IMG/VR virus record: IMGVR_UViG_3300021493_000001
Reading direction: 5' to 3' (one strand)
Source of the DNA: a virus
DNA length: 64,000 nucleotides
The notes under the pieces were generated by a model. It had not been told where the DNA came from. It saw nothing but the letters and a program-made list of their open reading frames with translations, and made no database searches. Made by a program: the position numbers and the translations under genes. Shown here piece after piece: positions 10,301 to 18,681 of this stretch (positions are counted from its first letter, which is position 1; each line of letters begins with the position of its first letter).

Positions 10301-12413
10301 ACGAGGTAGTGTAATTGAGGTTGAATGTGAAACAATTAACCATATCATCCATGAAGACATTGAAGGCAATCCAGTAGAAATTACAGCTTGGGCACCTAGA
10401 TTTATGCGGGTAGTGCCAGGGGCTAAACCAGATAGCATAGATGACATTCTTAGAAAAGCTAGAAAAGAAAATCATGTTTTGCAAGAGAAAATAATCAAAT
10501 CAGACGGCACAGTAATATATAAGGAAGCAAGAAAAGAGCTTTATTGCTTTCTTACAGAAGAACCCACATTAACAAGCAAGATTAGTGATAGATTTGGTGC
10601 AGCTAAGTATGCTATATTCTTTGAACCTGCTACTTATCATTTTGAAGCAATAGATTTGTCTAATTTTGTAACAGGAATTGAAATTACAGATTTAATAAAA
10701 GAACGCAGAGCTACAGAAGTTGTTACAAACCAGATAGGAAGATTTAGCAGAGAGGCGTTAGACAAGGCTGGAATTAAGATTGTTTTTGCCCAAGGAAAGG
10801 TTGAGGATTATTTAAATAAAAAACTAGGTGAAAGCCCGCTTTTAAAAGAAGCTATATTAAGAGAGCAAGACCCGTATATGCAATATTTTGACGAAGATAA
10901 AGAGCATAAATTTTGTGCCCAACATCATTACAGGTGTGCTTTGAAAGAAGTTTTAAAAGAAATAGGAAGAGAAGATTTATGGCCTAGAGAAGAACCGAGT
11001 CCAGAGGAATGGGCTAAATTATGGCCTAAGTGGTGGCCTGAAGTAAGAAAGGTATTGGAAGATTATTATGATACCCATCCCAATTTTGAACATTCACCTA
11101 GTGTCCATTGTGATTTACGCATGGAAACAGATACTAAAGGCGTGTTAATTGGTTTTACTCTTAATGACCAAATTAAAGACCGTCCACAATTTTTTCCTTT
11201 GAGATTGAGAAAATCTGAAGGTAAATATAGTGCAGAAGAATATGATGATGACCCTGAGAATTGGAAGATAAATTATAATACTGGTGAGTTTGCTAAAAGA
11301 GTTAAAAAGGGAGGAGCTAAAGCACCTGTTTCTTTGATAAGTGAAAGAAAGGCACAAGAACCAAGTAGTTGGTTAACTTACGAGGGCTTTCAATCTCCGA
11401 GAAATGTGGCTGCTACTAGATATGGCTATGCTTTATTGCATTTGATAAGGAAATTGGGCATTGTTGAGACGGGCATGCAGCTCAATTATTTCCATGAATA
11501 TTTCTTACATTTCCCCAGAGATGGTAATAAGCCTCCATTTTATTGGAGATTGATGTTTAGGTATTTAAAGCGTCCTTTTAAGGAAGCAATTGAAAAGCAA
11601 GATTATGAAACATTATCAGAGTGTGTATATCTTGAAGATGGTGAGGATTTAGAAGAAGGAATTTATTTAGAAGCAGAAAGAATTATACCTGTTTCAGAAG
11701 AGGGGTGGGGGCGAAATCAAGCAGGCTGGTTATGTATATATGGAGTTGATAAAACTCCTTACATTATTTCAGACCGTGCAGTTAAGTTAAAACGCATGTG
11801 CCCTTATCCTTACAGTGCTTTACCTAGATATATCAAAAAACAAATACCGCCTGAGTTTCATTACTGGAAAGAAAAAGACATGAAAAAACGCATTGAAATA
11901 AGGGATGCTTTGGTCAAAGCTATCAAGGAAAAGAAAGTTATTTTGAAAGAAAGCATTGCAAGAGATTATATCCTCCAATTGCATTACAGCGAGCCAGCCG
12001 AATTAATTAAAAGGAAGTCCCCAGCTCACAAACATTGGGATTTGAGAATTGATGGAGACCTAAAAAAGAAAACAGGCCATATATTTCATGCAGTTTTAGA
12101 ATTAAACCCACTTGAAGTTGACTCTACCTCTGCATATTTAAAGAAGTGCAAAGGAGATGAAGGTGGAGTAAATTGGATGGAAGTTGGCAAAGATAAGACA
12201 GTTAAGTTTACTAAAGGATATGGAACATTTGAGAAAAACGAACCTGGGTATGTTAAAGCATTGGACTGGGGTAGAGTATTAGTTTTAGAAGACTCACCCT
12301 TATTTAAAAAGTTTCAATTTAAAGGCAAACAATTAAAAGGAATTTGGATAATGCATAGAAGTAGTCCTGAAACTGATATTTGGACTTTTGAGAGGTCAAA
12401 GGACATTGGTTAA
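7383..12413 (+). CDS. 1676-aa multidomain protein: ASCH-like, MBL-fold hydrolase, nucleotidyltransferase, ATP-dependent DNA ligase, NifX-like and two LigD-type 3'-phosphoesterase domains
   Basis: HRHIDH (MBL); ITGS...RDLDV (Pol beta NTase); ligase motifs KRDG, VLDAE, FDCIY and EGCV; DRFGAAKY...IGRFSREAL (NifB/NifX family); QHHYR...HCDLRME and QLHY...HWDLRID (phosphoesterase). Confidence 0.85.
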   Translation: MRITELHLEQFKKEGVDYDIKHAKTRWRELLADIRYLFNNALPRIWKGEKWGDWQEEDCLRYGGKIIDALRSVYFPLIPPSKDDPRYNTSYWKAYRKAEKKGYIKSKPPKLEEVSEWDKKRKEIIKTSLEEAERKIDGLYLTYPHGELFWTKEKTLLVKTRKFDLSKPHYLIDDGFCYGIISFKEPKRITKKQFFTEDLKKKHRILDTEAWQWWRMSRDNAVEPELWAYEVKKFEPFEIPERVKIPKGTQVIVDADNIEFVGKDEEQPARIDWPIMATKEAKTDYIKFYGTKGYIEEENNEHKYHTCILLSLNDTNILLDYGERHPEEIKERIDVILNSHRHIDHICPEISSFACPLYISKETLNRVDFSLPEDIRIYEARKAFSIGNIKIITYPVYHSIRAPMHIFKIETDNLAIGVMTDFLAFEEVEDEEFFYPNLDIVIIDGSSITKDLRRWKEDHNLIFGHKSVIHQIERIRDRCEKNPIIILTHIGREGIEWGDLQILQYLHERFAGMHIYIAKDGSVFDLKTRRFTEAFKGEQICKDIVANLPSFTWIPEFTSITGSTLFTKDHAPRDLDVMCKAEEINGKWYIPIDTSLLLKLQRAYQYATKKVLGKAIKPEFPPPALIGANWSSIPAYDLKLVPRKNPEVRRTGEEEFEEKVYGVDFKEKLRLRTKSKDIEKMAQQSLEEDKVKPLRFFMPLKPIRVQGKHGERNTPERLVELFEPQHYPVYNSVKRDGFRVQIHADGDKVVIYSEDGNDITKQLPTIVDAVKRLKAKSVVLDAEVELWENGYHHPREAAIAKIHSKAIDDKDLIANLFDCIYLNGEDLHKEPFEKRWKASNSLGIKYSKETNLNPEEKLNIIPHILCKTPKELLRETERMRKVKSSEGCVAIAHNATYPLDGKPDDNSFCKFHNNVVIRGIVIEPVQTKVSTVYNLSFGCLAGKHEILKKDQTEVGPYEKVLTIGSTFAAPYVKRGSVIEVECETINHIIHEDIEGNPVEITAWAPRFMRVVPGAKPDSIDDILRKARKENHVLQEKIIKSDGTVIYKEARKELYCFLTEEPTLTSKISDRFGAAKYAIFFEPATYHFEAIDLSNFVTGIEITDLIKERRATEVVTNQIGRFSREALDKAGIKIVFAQGKVEDYLNKKLGESPLLKEAILREQDPYMQYFDEDKEHKFCAQHHYRCALKEVLKEIGREDLWPREEPSPEEWAKLWPKWWPEVRKVLEDYYDTHPNFEHSPSVHCDLRMETDTKGVLIGFTLNDQIKDRPQFFPLRLRKSEGKYSAEEYDDDPENWKINYNTGEFAKRVKKGGAKAPVSLISERKAQEPSSWLTYEGFQSPRNVAATRYGYALLHLIRKLGIVETGMQLNYFHEYFLHFPRDGNKPPFYWRLMFRYLKRPFKEAIEKQDYETLSECVYLEDGEDLEEGIYLEAERIIPVSEEGWGRNQAGWLCIYGVDKTPYIISDRAVKLKRMCPYPYSALPRYIKKQIPPEFHYWKEKDMKKRIEIRDALVKAIKEKKVILKESIARDYILQLHYSEPAELIKRKSPAHKHWDLRIDGDLKKKTGHIFHAVLELNPLEVDSTSAYLKKCKGDEGGVNWMEVGKDKTVKFTKGYGTFEKNEPGYVKALDWGRVLVLEDSPLFKKFQFKGKQLKGIWIMHRSSPETDIWTFERSKDIG

Positions 12414-12615
12414 GTTTAATTTTAAAAGATTTAAATGTCCAAAGGATAAGCACTTCTTATTTGCTGAAGACATTAAGGATGGTGTGATAGAGGTATATTG
12501 TAAATACTGTAAAACTACATACCGCATGGCTTTTAAAGAAGGTAAACTTATAAGTTTGAGTGAAATTCAGCAAAAGAAAGTTGAGTGTCTTGACAAAATT
12601 AGAAATAAGGTTTAA
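12406..12615 (+). CDS. Mu Com-like zinc-finger protein
   Basis: FKCPKDKHFLF...IEVYCKYCKT, similar to the Com pattern RC..C...L.......EIKC.RC. Confidence 0.65.
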   Translation: MVKFNFKRFKCPKDKHFLFAEDIKDGVIEVYCKYCKTTYRMAFKEGKLISLSEIQQKKVECLDKIRNKV

Positions 12616-12618
12616 CAT
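12590..12618 (+). promoter_or_regulatory. sigma70-type promoter for the capsid gene
   Basis: TTGACA (12590-12595), N17, TAACAT (12613-12618). Confidence 0.6.
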
Positions 12619-12635
12619 AAAAGAAAACTAGAAAA

Positions 12636-12713
12636 CTGCCTCTCAATACGAGAGCAGAGAATCACTTGGGATTAAAGGCTCAGTAAGCAGGAGAGAGGCA
12701 AGCTTGCTGGGCT
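12636..12713 (+). promoter_or_regulatory. structured 5' leader with alternative pairings over the RBS
   Basis: hairpin 12636-12658; hairpin 12677-12713 with AGGAG in its loop; TGCCTCTC (12637-44) is complementary to GAGAGGCA (12693-700). Confidence 0.55.
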
Positions 12714-12714
12714 T

Positions 12715-15048
12715 ATGGAAAATTTCAAACCAAGTGATTTTTTTGAAACCTTCCAAGGTAAGTTTCTTCCTTTACTTGAATCGGCCAGAGGTGATGAATG
12801 GGATGTTGTTTTAATTGAGGCAGGCCGAAGTAAGGGAGGAAGTCAAGGTCAAATCTTATATCCTGAAGAAGTCCTGAAAAGAGCAGTTCCTCTTTTTGAG
12901 AATGCCAAGTGTTATGCCTTTGAATTTAGTGGTCAAATTTATGACCATCTTCCAGAGAATATCAAACAAGCAGTGCCTCAAGGTTTTGCGAAAAATCTTG
13001 TAGGTTATTTTACTTCTCCTAAATTAAAGAAACTTCCCAACGGGAAGAAAGGTATAGTTGCAAAATTTCATGTCATAGCCGATTGGCTTAAATCTGCCCT
13101 TAAAAATGCTGGGAACAAACTACCCGAACTGCTGGGCTTTTCCATAGATGCAGAGGGAATTGTTGATAGAAGTCAAGGCATGGCTTTGTCAATTGATAGA
13201 GTGGATAGTGTTGATTTAGTTACATATCCAGCAGCAGGAGGCAGATTTTTAAGAATGGTGGCATCTAGGCTTGCTGCCAGTATTGGAAAGCAAGAAGAGG
13301 GGCAAAAAGAAGGATTAAATAGAAAAGGAGGTAACAGCATGAACCCTATGTTACTGGCAATCAAAGGATGGAAAAGTGGTCTCCAAGAGGGACAAGCGGT
13401 AGAAGCTACTGATGATGTAGTTTCTGCAATCTTTGGCAATGTATTGGATGAGGAAATAATAAAAGAGTCTCGTGACGAATTAAAGGAGATTATTACTCAA
13501 TGTGTTGGCTTTTTAAGTGAAGGAAAAGAGGAGCTAGCTGAAGCCCTTATTACAGGGATTGTTGAGGCTAAGAAGAAGAAAAAGAAAAAAGACGAGTATC
13601 CTACTCCTGCGGAAAAATATCCAGCACCTCAAAAGGCTTCTACTCAAAACGAGCCTAATGGTGATATGGAAGAGGCTAAAAAGAAAAAGAAAGATGAATA
13701 TCCTGCTTATCCTGAAATTCAGAAACAATCTCAAGACTTAGAAGCTCTCAAAAATGAGATTACCAGATTGAAATTAGAAAAATACTTAGAAGAAGCTCTT
13801 AAAGAGTCTGGTTTGACCAGTGTATCTAAAGAGCAAATCAGAAACATGCAGTTTAGTTCTACTGAAGACATAGACAAGGCTATCGGAAATATGAAAGATT
13901 TAGAAGCCAAGTTTATGCAGGAAGCTGGAGTTTCAAGCAAGGTTGAAGCGGGCAATACAGAAGGTGAAAAAGTATTGCAAATGATTGAGGATGTATTAGA
14001 GGGTAAATCTCATAGCATCAAAGAGGCTTATATCAGGTTTACTGGTGATAGAAAGGTAACTGGTTTAATTAAGGAATGTGCAGGAAGGGGTAAAGCAAGG
14101 ATTACTGAAAGCTTGACAACCTCTGATTGGGCAGAAGCTTTAGGCGATACTTTAAGACGGAAACTTATAAAAGAATATAAGGTATCTGGATTAGATGACT
14201 GGAAAAAGATAGTATCTGATATTGTGCCTTTACCTGATTTTAGAGACCAGCACTGGATTAGATTAGGTGGGTATGGTGAGCTTCCTTCTGTATCTCAAGG
14301 TTCAACCTACACAGAACTTACCTCGCCAACTGATGAGGAAGTGAAGTTATCCGTAGGTAAATATGGTGGCCTTGAATCGGTCACACTGGAAATGATAAAG
14401 AATGATGACATTCTTGCAGTTAGACAAATCCCTAAACGGTTAGCAAGAGCTGCTGCACAGGCTCTCTACAATGCCATATTTGATGATATTTTAAAGGATA
14501 ATGCAACCATTTATGATAATGTTGCTTTATTCCATGCTAGCCATAGTAATTTAGGTTCTACAGCTTTATCACCAACATCCTTTATGGCAACCAGAAAAGC
14601 GATGGGACAGCAGACTGCTTATGGAAATAGTGAGGAGTATTTAAATCTTTATCCTAAATACTTGATTGTGCCACTTGACCTTGAAGATACAGCATTTAAG
14701 CTCTGTCATTCACCTGTGTTTGTAAACACTGCAACATATTATTCTGGTGGTGGTGCATCAGAAGCTGCAACTACTCCTAATATTGTGCCTCAGAAATTTA
14801 AAACTGATTATATCGTAGTGCCTAGATGGACAGATGCTAATGATTGGATTGCTGTGGCTGACCCGAATATGTGTCCTACAATTGTTGTTGGTTTCTTGGA
14901 TGGCAATGAAGAGCCTGAAATATTTATTCAAGACCAGCCTTCAGTTGGTAGCTTATTCTATGCTGATAAAATTGTTTATAAAATCAGGCACATTTGGGGT
15001 GTAGCTGTATTTGATTATAGGCCATTTTATAAACATGCTGTAGGTTAA
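12715..15048 (+). CDS. prohead protease-scaffold-major capsid (Mu gpT-like HK97 fold) fusion
   Basis: N-terminal protease-type region (GFSIDAEG, SVDLVTYPAAGG); charged scaffold; capsid region from ESLTTSDW to YKIRHIWGVAVFDYRPFYK. Confidence 0.9.
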   Translation: MENFKPSDFFETFQGKFLPLLESARGDEWDVVLIEAGRSKGGSQGQILYPEEVLKRAVPLFENAKCYAFEFSGQIYDHLPENIKQAVPQGFAKNLVGYFTSPKLKKLPNGKKGIVAKFHVIADWLKSALKNAGNKLPELLGFSIDAEGIVDRSQGMALSIDRVDSVDLVTYPAAGGRFLRMVASRLAASIGKQEEGQKEGLNRKGGNSMNPMLLAIKGWKSGLQEGQAVEATDDVVSAIFGNVLDEEIIKESRDELKEIITQCVGFLSEGKEELAEALITGIVEAKKKKKKKDEYPTPAEKYPAPQKASTQNEPNGDMEEAKKKKKDEYPAYPEIQKQSQDLEALKNEITRLKLEKYLEEALKESGLTSVSKEQIRNMQFSSTEDIDKAIGNMKDLEAKFMQEAGVSSKVEAGNTEGEKVLQMIEDVLEGKSHSIKEAYIRFTGDRKVTGLIKECAGRGKARITESLTTSDWAEALGDTLRRKLIKEYKVSGLDDWKKIVSDIVPLPDFRDQHWIRLGGYGELPSVSQGSTYTELTSPTDEEVKLSVGKYGGLESVTLEMIKNDDILAVRQIPKRLARAAAQALYNAIFDDILKDNATIYDNVALFHASHSNLGSTALSPTSFMATRKAMGQQTAYGNSEEYLNLYPKYLIVPLDLEDTAFKLCHSPVFVNTATYYSGGGASEAATTPNIVPQKFKTDYIVVPRWTDANDWIAVADPNMCPTIVVGFLDGNEEPEIFIQDQPSVGSLFYADKIVYKIRHIWGVAVFDYRPFYKHAVG

Positions 15049-15082
15049 AAATTAACGGCATAATTAACATAAGGAGGTAACA

Positions 15083-15496
15083 ATGGCAAAAATAATAGCA
15101 GGTGATATTCCTTCTCATACACAATCGGTATTGTTTGAGGTAGCAAGTAGAGGCACGAATGCTGATACCGATAGTAATCTTATGTTTAGAGCACCTAATG
15201 ATATGAAGGTGAAGAAGGCTTATGTTACTTTCAAGAGTGCTTTAACTGGTGCAGATACAAATTATTGCACTGTTAGGTTGAGGAATTTGGGCACAAATGG
15301 GAGTGGCACTACTGATATTGCAACTTTGGCTTTTACTTCGGGCGTGACTGCTTCTGCTAAAGTTCCCAAAGCATTAACTTTAGCATCTGATGTAACTGTG
15401 GATGAAGGTGAAGTTTTGGTAGCCCGTATTGACCATGAAGGTTCTGGTTTAAAATCAGATATAGCAATATTACAAGTTGATTATACTTGGGAATAA
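15083..15496 (+). CDS. putative head decoration protein
   Basis: small beta-rich Thr/Ala/Gly protein directly after the capsid gene. Confidence 0.5.
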   Translation: MAKIIAGDIPSHTQSVLFEVASRGTNADTDSNLMFRAPNDMKVKKAYVTFKSALTGADTNYCTVRLRNLGTNGSGTTDIATLAFTSGVTASAKVPKALTLASDVTVDEGEVLVARIDHEGSGLKSDIAILQVDYTWE

Positions 15497-15504
15497 TTAA
15501 AACG

Positions 15505-15561
15505 GAGTAGCCTAGTCTGGACTAATTGGCAAAGACCTCTAATAGCAGAACTAGGCTACTT
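15505..15561 (+). terminator. inverted repeat between capsid genes and modification enzymes
   Basis: GAGTAGCCTAGT pairs with ACTAGGCTACTT; T-run follows near 15580. Confidence 0.45.
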
Positions 15562-15603
15562 CATATAAACCAGGTTGGCTTTTTTAATGGCACTGGTGTG
15601 AAA

Positions 15604-16791
15604 ATGAATTTTGAATATATTAACCCTTCTCCAACTCTTTTCATTGTTACTGGATGTCCTCGTTCAGGAACTACCTTTCTAATTGAACAAATCAAAGAAC
15701 ATCTCAAAGTGCCAGTGTTGGGATATGACGACCTAGGTTTACACAGAGAGTGGAAGACTGCAATAGCAGCTAATTCCATTCTCTTAGGAGATATATTTGC
15801 AGATTTAAAACCAGAAATGCCTAACAATGTTAACATGGAAAAACAATTTGAAGAATTTAAAGAATTTCTTATATCTAGTAAGGATGAGTTTAGTGAACAT
15901 CCAATGTATTTTTTTAAAGACCCAAGGATTTGTCACACATGGCCATTCTGGATGAGATTATTTGAAATTAGAATTATTCATATAGTTAGAAAATTTGAAG
16001 GCGTTTTTAATAGTATTGACCAAGTAGATAATGTTGGTGGCAAAGAGGTTAGATTTAGATGGATTAAGCCTAAAAATCAATGGAAAGTAATTTGGGAAAA
16101 TCATGTAAATAAAGCTAGAGAAAGCAATGAATATTTACCTTATTTAGAAATACCATTTGAAAGTTTTATTGAAAATCCTAAACCTTGGATTGAAAAGATT
16201 GCTAACTTTGTTAAAGCTCCTGAAAAATGTTTAAATTTAGGTAGTGGTTTAGCACCAAAAGCAGGAGAGGAATGGGTGAATTTGGATTACAATGCTGATT
16301 ATATTCCACCTGCTAAATATGGTGTAAATGGAGTTGTTGCAGATTTGGAAAGTCCATTGCCTTTTAAAGATAATACCTTTAGTTTTATTCTTGCAAACCA
16401 TATCCTTGAACATATCAAAAATTATGAACAATTGATGTGTGAGATATATAGAGTATTAAAAATTGGAGGCAGATTGATAATTAGAGTTCCTTATGCGTTT
16501 TGCCGTGCTGCAATAGCTGACCCATCGCATGTAAGACAGTTCGTTCCTGAGTCGTTCTTTCACTTTTTGCCTGATAATTTAGGGCCAGTTGCAAATCGTA
16601 AATTCTGGGGAACGTTTAAGTTAATTGATTTAGAAATAATTAAGCATGACAGACCAGGGATAGATAGGGGTGAAGTGGGTTCATTTTTCACAGAAATATA
16701 TGTAGAGTTAGAAAAAATACCAAAGCAAGAGCCACCTAAACCAAAATGGATTGAGAGAGACGATGAGCAAAGGCAAGGCAATAATATTTAG
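15604..16791 (+). CDS. sulfotransferase-SAM methyltransferase fusion
   Basis: PAPS loop GCPRSGTT and FKDPR; C-terminal LNLGSG...PLPFKDNTF...HILEHI...EIYRVLKIGG. Confidence 0.85.
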   Translation: MNFEYINPSPTLFIVTGCPRSGTTFLIEQIKEHLKVPVLGYDDLGLHREWKTAIAANSILLGDIFADLKPEMPNNVNMEKQFEEFKEFLISSKDEFSEHPMYFFKDPRICHTWPFWMRLFEIRIIHIVRKFEGVFNSIDQVDNVGGKEVRFRWIKPKNQWKVIWENHVNKARESNEYLPYLEIPFESFIENPKPWIEKIANFVKAPEKCLNLGSGLAPKAGEEWVNLDYNADYIPPAKYGVNGVVADLESPLPFKDNTFSFILANHILEHIKNYEQLMCEIYRVLKIGGRLIIRVPYAFCRAAIADPSHVRQFVPESFFHFLPDNLGPVANRKFWGTFKLIDLEIIKHDRPGIDRGEVGSFFTEIYVELEKIPKQEPPKPKWIERDDEQRQGNNI

Positions 16792-17788
16792 AGGATACAT
16801 GGCCATAGGTGATGCACTTTATACATCTGCATTGCCTAGGTTAATGAAAGAGGATGGCTATGAGCAGGTAGATGTTGCTGTTTGGCAGTCAAACCAGCAT
16901 GTATTTTGGAATAATCCTTATGTTGATAATATCAGAGTATTCCCAAATGATTTAACAGAAACGGAATTTGAATATTATTATAATAAATGGAATGAAGAAT
17001 ATGATGTTATTGTGGATTTAAGGTGGACAATAGAAAGCAAATATTTATTTAGAACGGATGCTCCTTTACCACCGATAGAAGAAAGAAAAAAGAAAAATAA
17101 GGGTAAGAATTATTATAGAGTTACTATGGAAGTTGCAGGATACAAAGTAGATAAAGGCAAGCCTGAATTATATTTATCTGATGAAGAAGAAAAGTTACTT
17201 AATGAATTTAAAAAAGAGAATCCTAAGTTTGTGATTTGGCAGTTATATGGCTCATCCAATGCGAAGCAATTGGTAAGAGCACCGATATGGATTACAGAGA
17301 TTATGAAGCAAGTGCCTGATTGTAAACATTATTTAGTAGGTAATGCCCATTTTAGCACCAAGAGATTATTTGGTTCAGATAATGTTAAATGTGTAGCAGG
17401 TATTTGGGGGTTAAGAACTTCTATGCTAATGTGTAAGTATGCCAATTTAGTAGTTGGGCCTGAATCCGCTATAACCAATGCTTCGGGTGCTTTTGATACG
17501 CCTAAGTTTATAATGTATTCAGGAGTATTACCTGAAAATCTTGGGGGTGATTTTGAAAACCATTATGGTTTCTGTCCTAAATGTGAATGTTATCCTTGCT
17601 ATAAAATCAGTATCAGCCCAAAAGAAGTCTGGAATTTGAAAAAGAGAAAACTTGCTTATGCAAATATGGAAGAATGTAGAGTTAAAGACCCATTTGATTG
17701 TTATAGGTATCTAGGATTTAAATGCACATTAAGCCTTCCAGAACAAGAGATAATAGAGAAGGCTGTGGATATTTTAAAACATAGTTAG
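16763..17788 (+). CDS. glycosyltransferase family 9 (heptosyltransferase-like)
   Basis: AIGDALYTSAL, WNNPYVD and LVVGPESAITNASGAFDTP. Confidence 0.85.
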   Translation: MSKGKAIIFRGYMAIGDALYTSALPRLMKEDGYEQVDVAVWQSNQHVFWNNPYVDNIRVFPNDLTETEFEYYYNKWNEEYDVIVDLRWTIESKYLFRTDAPLPPIEERKKKNKGKNYYRVTMEVAGYKVDKGKPELYLSDEEEKLLNEFKKENPKFVIWQLYGSSNAKQLVRAPIWITEIMKQVPDCKHYLVGNAHFSTKRLFGSDNVKCVAGIWGLRTSMLMCKYANLVVGPESAITNASGAFDTPKFIMYSGVLPENLGGDFENHYGFCPKCECYPCYKISISPKEVWNLKKRKLAYANMEECRVKDPFDCYRYLGFKCTLSLPEQEIIEKAVDILKHS

Positions 17789-17797
17789 GAGGAAGAA

Positions 17798-18103
17798 ATG
17801 ATTGGTGGAGTAACCATAGAAGAATATGATGCTTATGATAAGGAAACAATTACTGTAGGCTCAACAGCAGTGGGCTTTACAAGTAGTAAAATTACCAACT
17901 GTAAAGTTGCCTTTTGCACTCTTGATACAGGTGGTGGAGCAATTAGATATTGGATTGATGGTTCAACGCCAACTGCCACATCAGGGCATTATGTAGCTGC
18001 TGGAGATAGTTTTACCATTGTGGGAACTAATAATATTCGGAATTTTAAAGCAATACGAGTAGGTGCAGATGATGGCACATTACAAGTAACATACAAAAGG
18101 TAA
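17798..18103 (+). CDS. small virion-associated protein
   Basis: AIRYWIDGSTPTATSGH motif; context between head and neck genes. Confidence 0.55.
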   Translation: MIGGVTIEEYDAYDKETITVGSTAVGFTSSKITNCKVAFCTLDTGGGAIRYWIDGSTPTATSGHYVAAGDSFTIVGTNNIRNFKAIRVGADDGTLQVTYKR

Positions 18104-18108
18104 GAGAA

Positions 18109-18666
18109 ATGCGAATACCAGCTAAGTTAGAAAATATAAATAAAGTTTTAGAGCAAATTAAAGCAGATATAAAAAATCGTATTCTAACAGCAGGGCAACG
18201 AACTACTGAGCAAACAACTCAATTAAGCTGGGAATTAATGAAAGAACATGCACCAGTGGCTTCTGGTAGTTTAAGAGGTTCAATAGGGAAGAGAGTTATT
18301 TATGGTTATCCAATAATGTTTGGCGTATCAATGACTGGATTATCACCAAGAAGAAGTAGTGGTGGAGAAGTTTCAACTGGATATGCACAAGCAGTTGAAT
18401 ATGGAGTGCCTGCTGGTGCTTATGGGTATGAGCAACATGGCAGGAATTATTCAGGAGTGCCACCTTGGGGTGAAGGCTCAAGATTATATGAATGGGTTAG
18501 GCTCAGAGGTTTATCTCCTGCTTTGGCTGTTTCTGCTAAGATTGCTCGTAAAATAGGACGGAGGGGGATTACGGCAAAGCATTTTATTAAGAAATCCCAT
18601 TCAGTCTTAGTAGGTAGATTACCAGATGTAGTAAGAAGAATATTTGACAAACATTTGCATTTTTAG
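18109..18666 (+). CDS. HK97 gp10-like neck/tail-completion protein
   Basis: APVASGSLRGSI, YAQAVEYG and KHFIK motifs. Confidence 0.7.
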   Translation: MRIPAKLENINKVLEQIKADIKNRILTAGQRTTEQTTQLSWELMKEHAPVASGSLRGSIGKRVIYGYPIMFGVSMTGLSPRRSSGGEVSTGYAQAVEYGVPAGAYGYEQHGRNYSGVPPWGEGSRLYEWVRLRGLSPALAVSAKIARKIGRRGITAKHFIKKSHSVLVGRLPDVVRRIFDKHLHF

Positions 18667-18681
18667 AGGTAAGTTGGTGTT

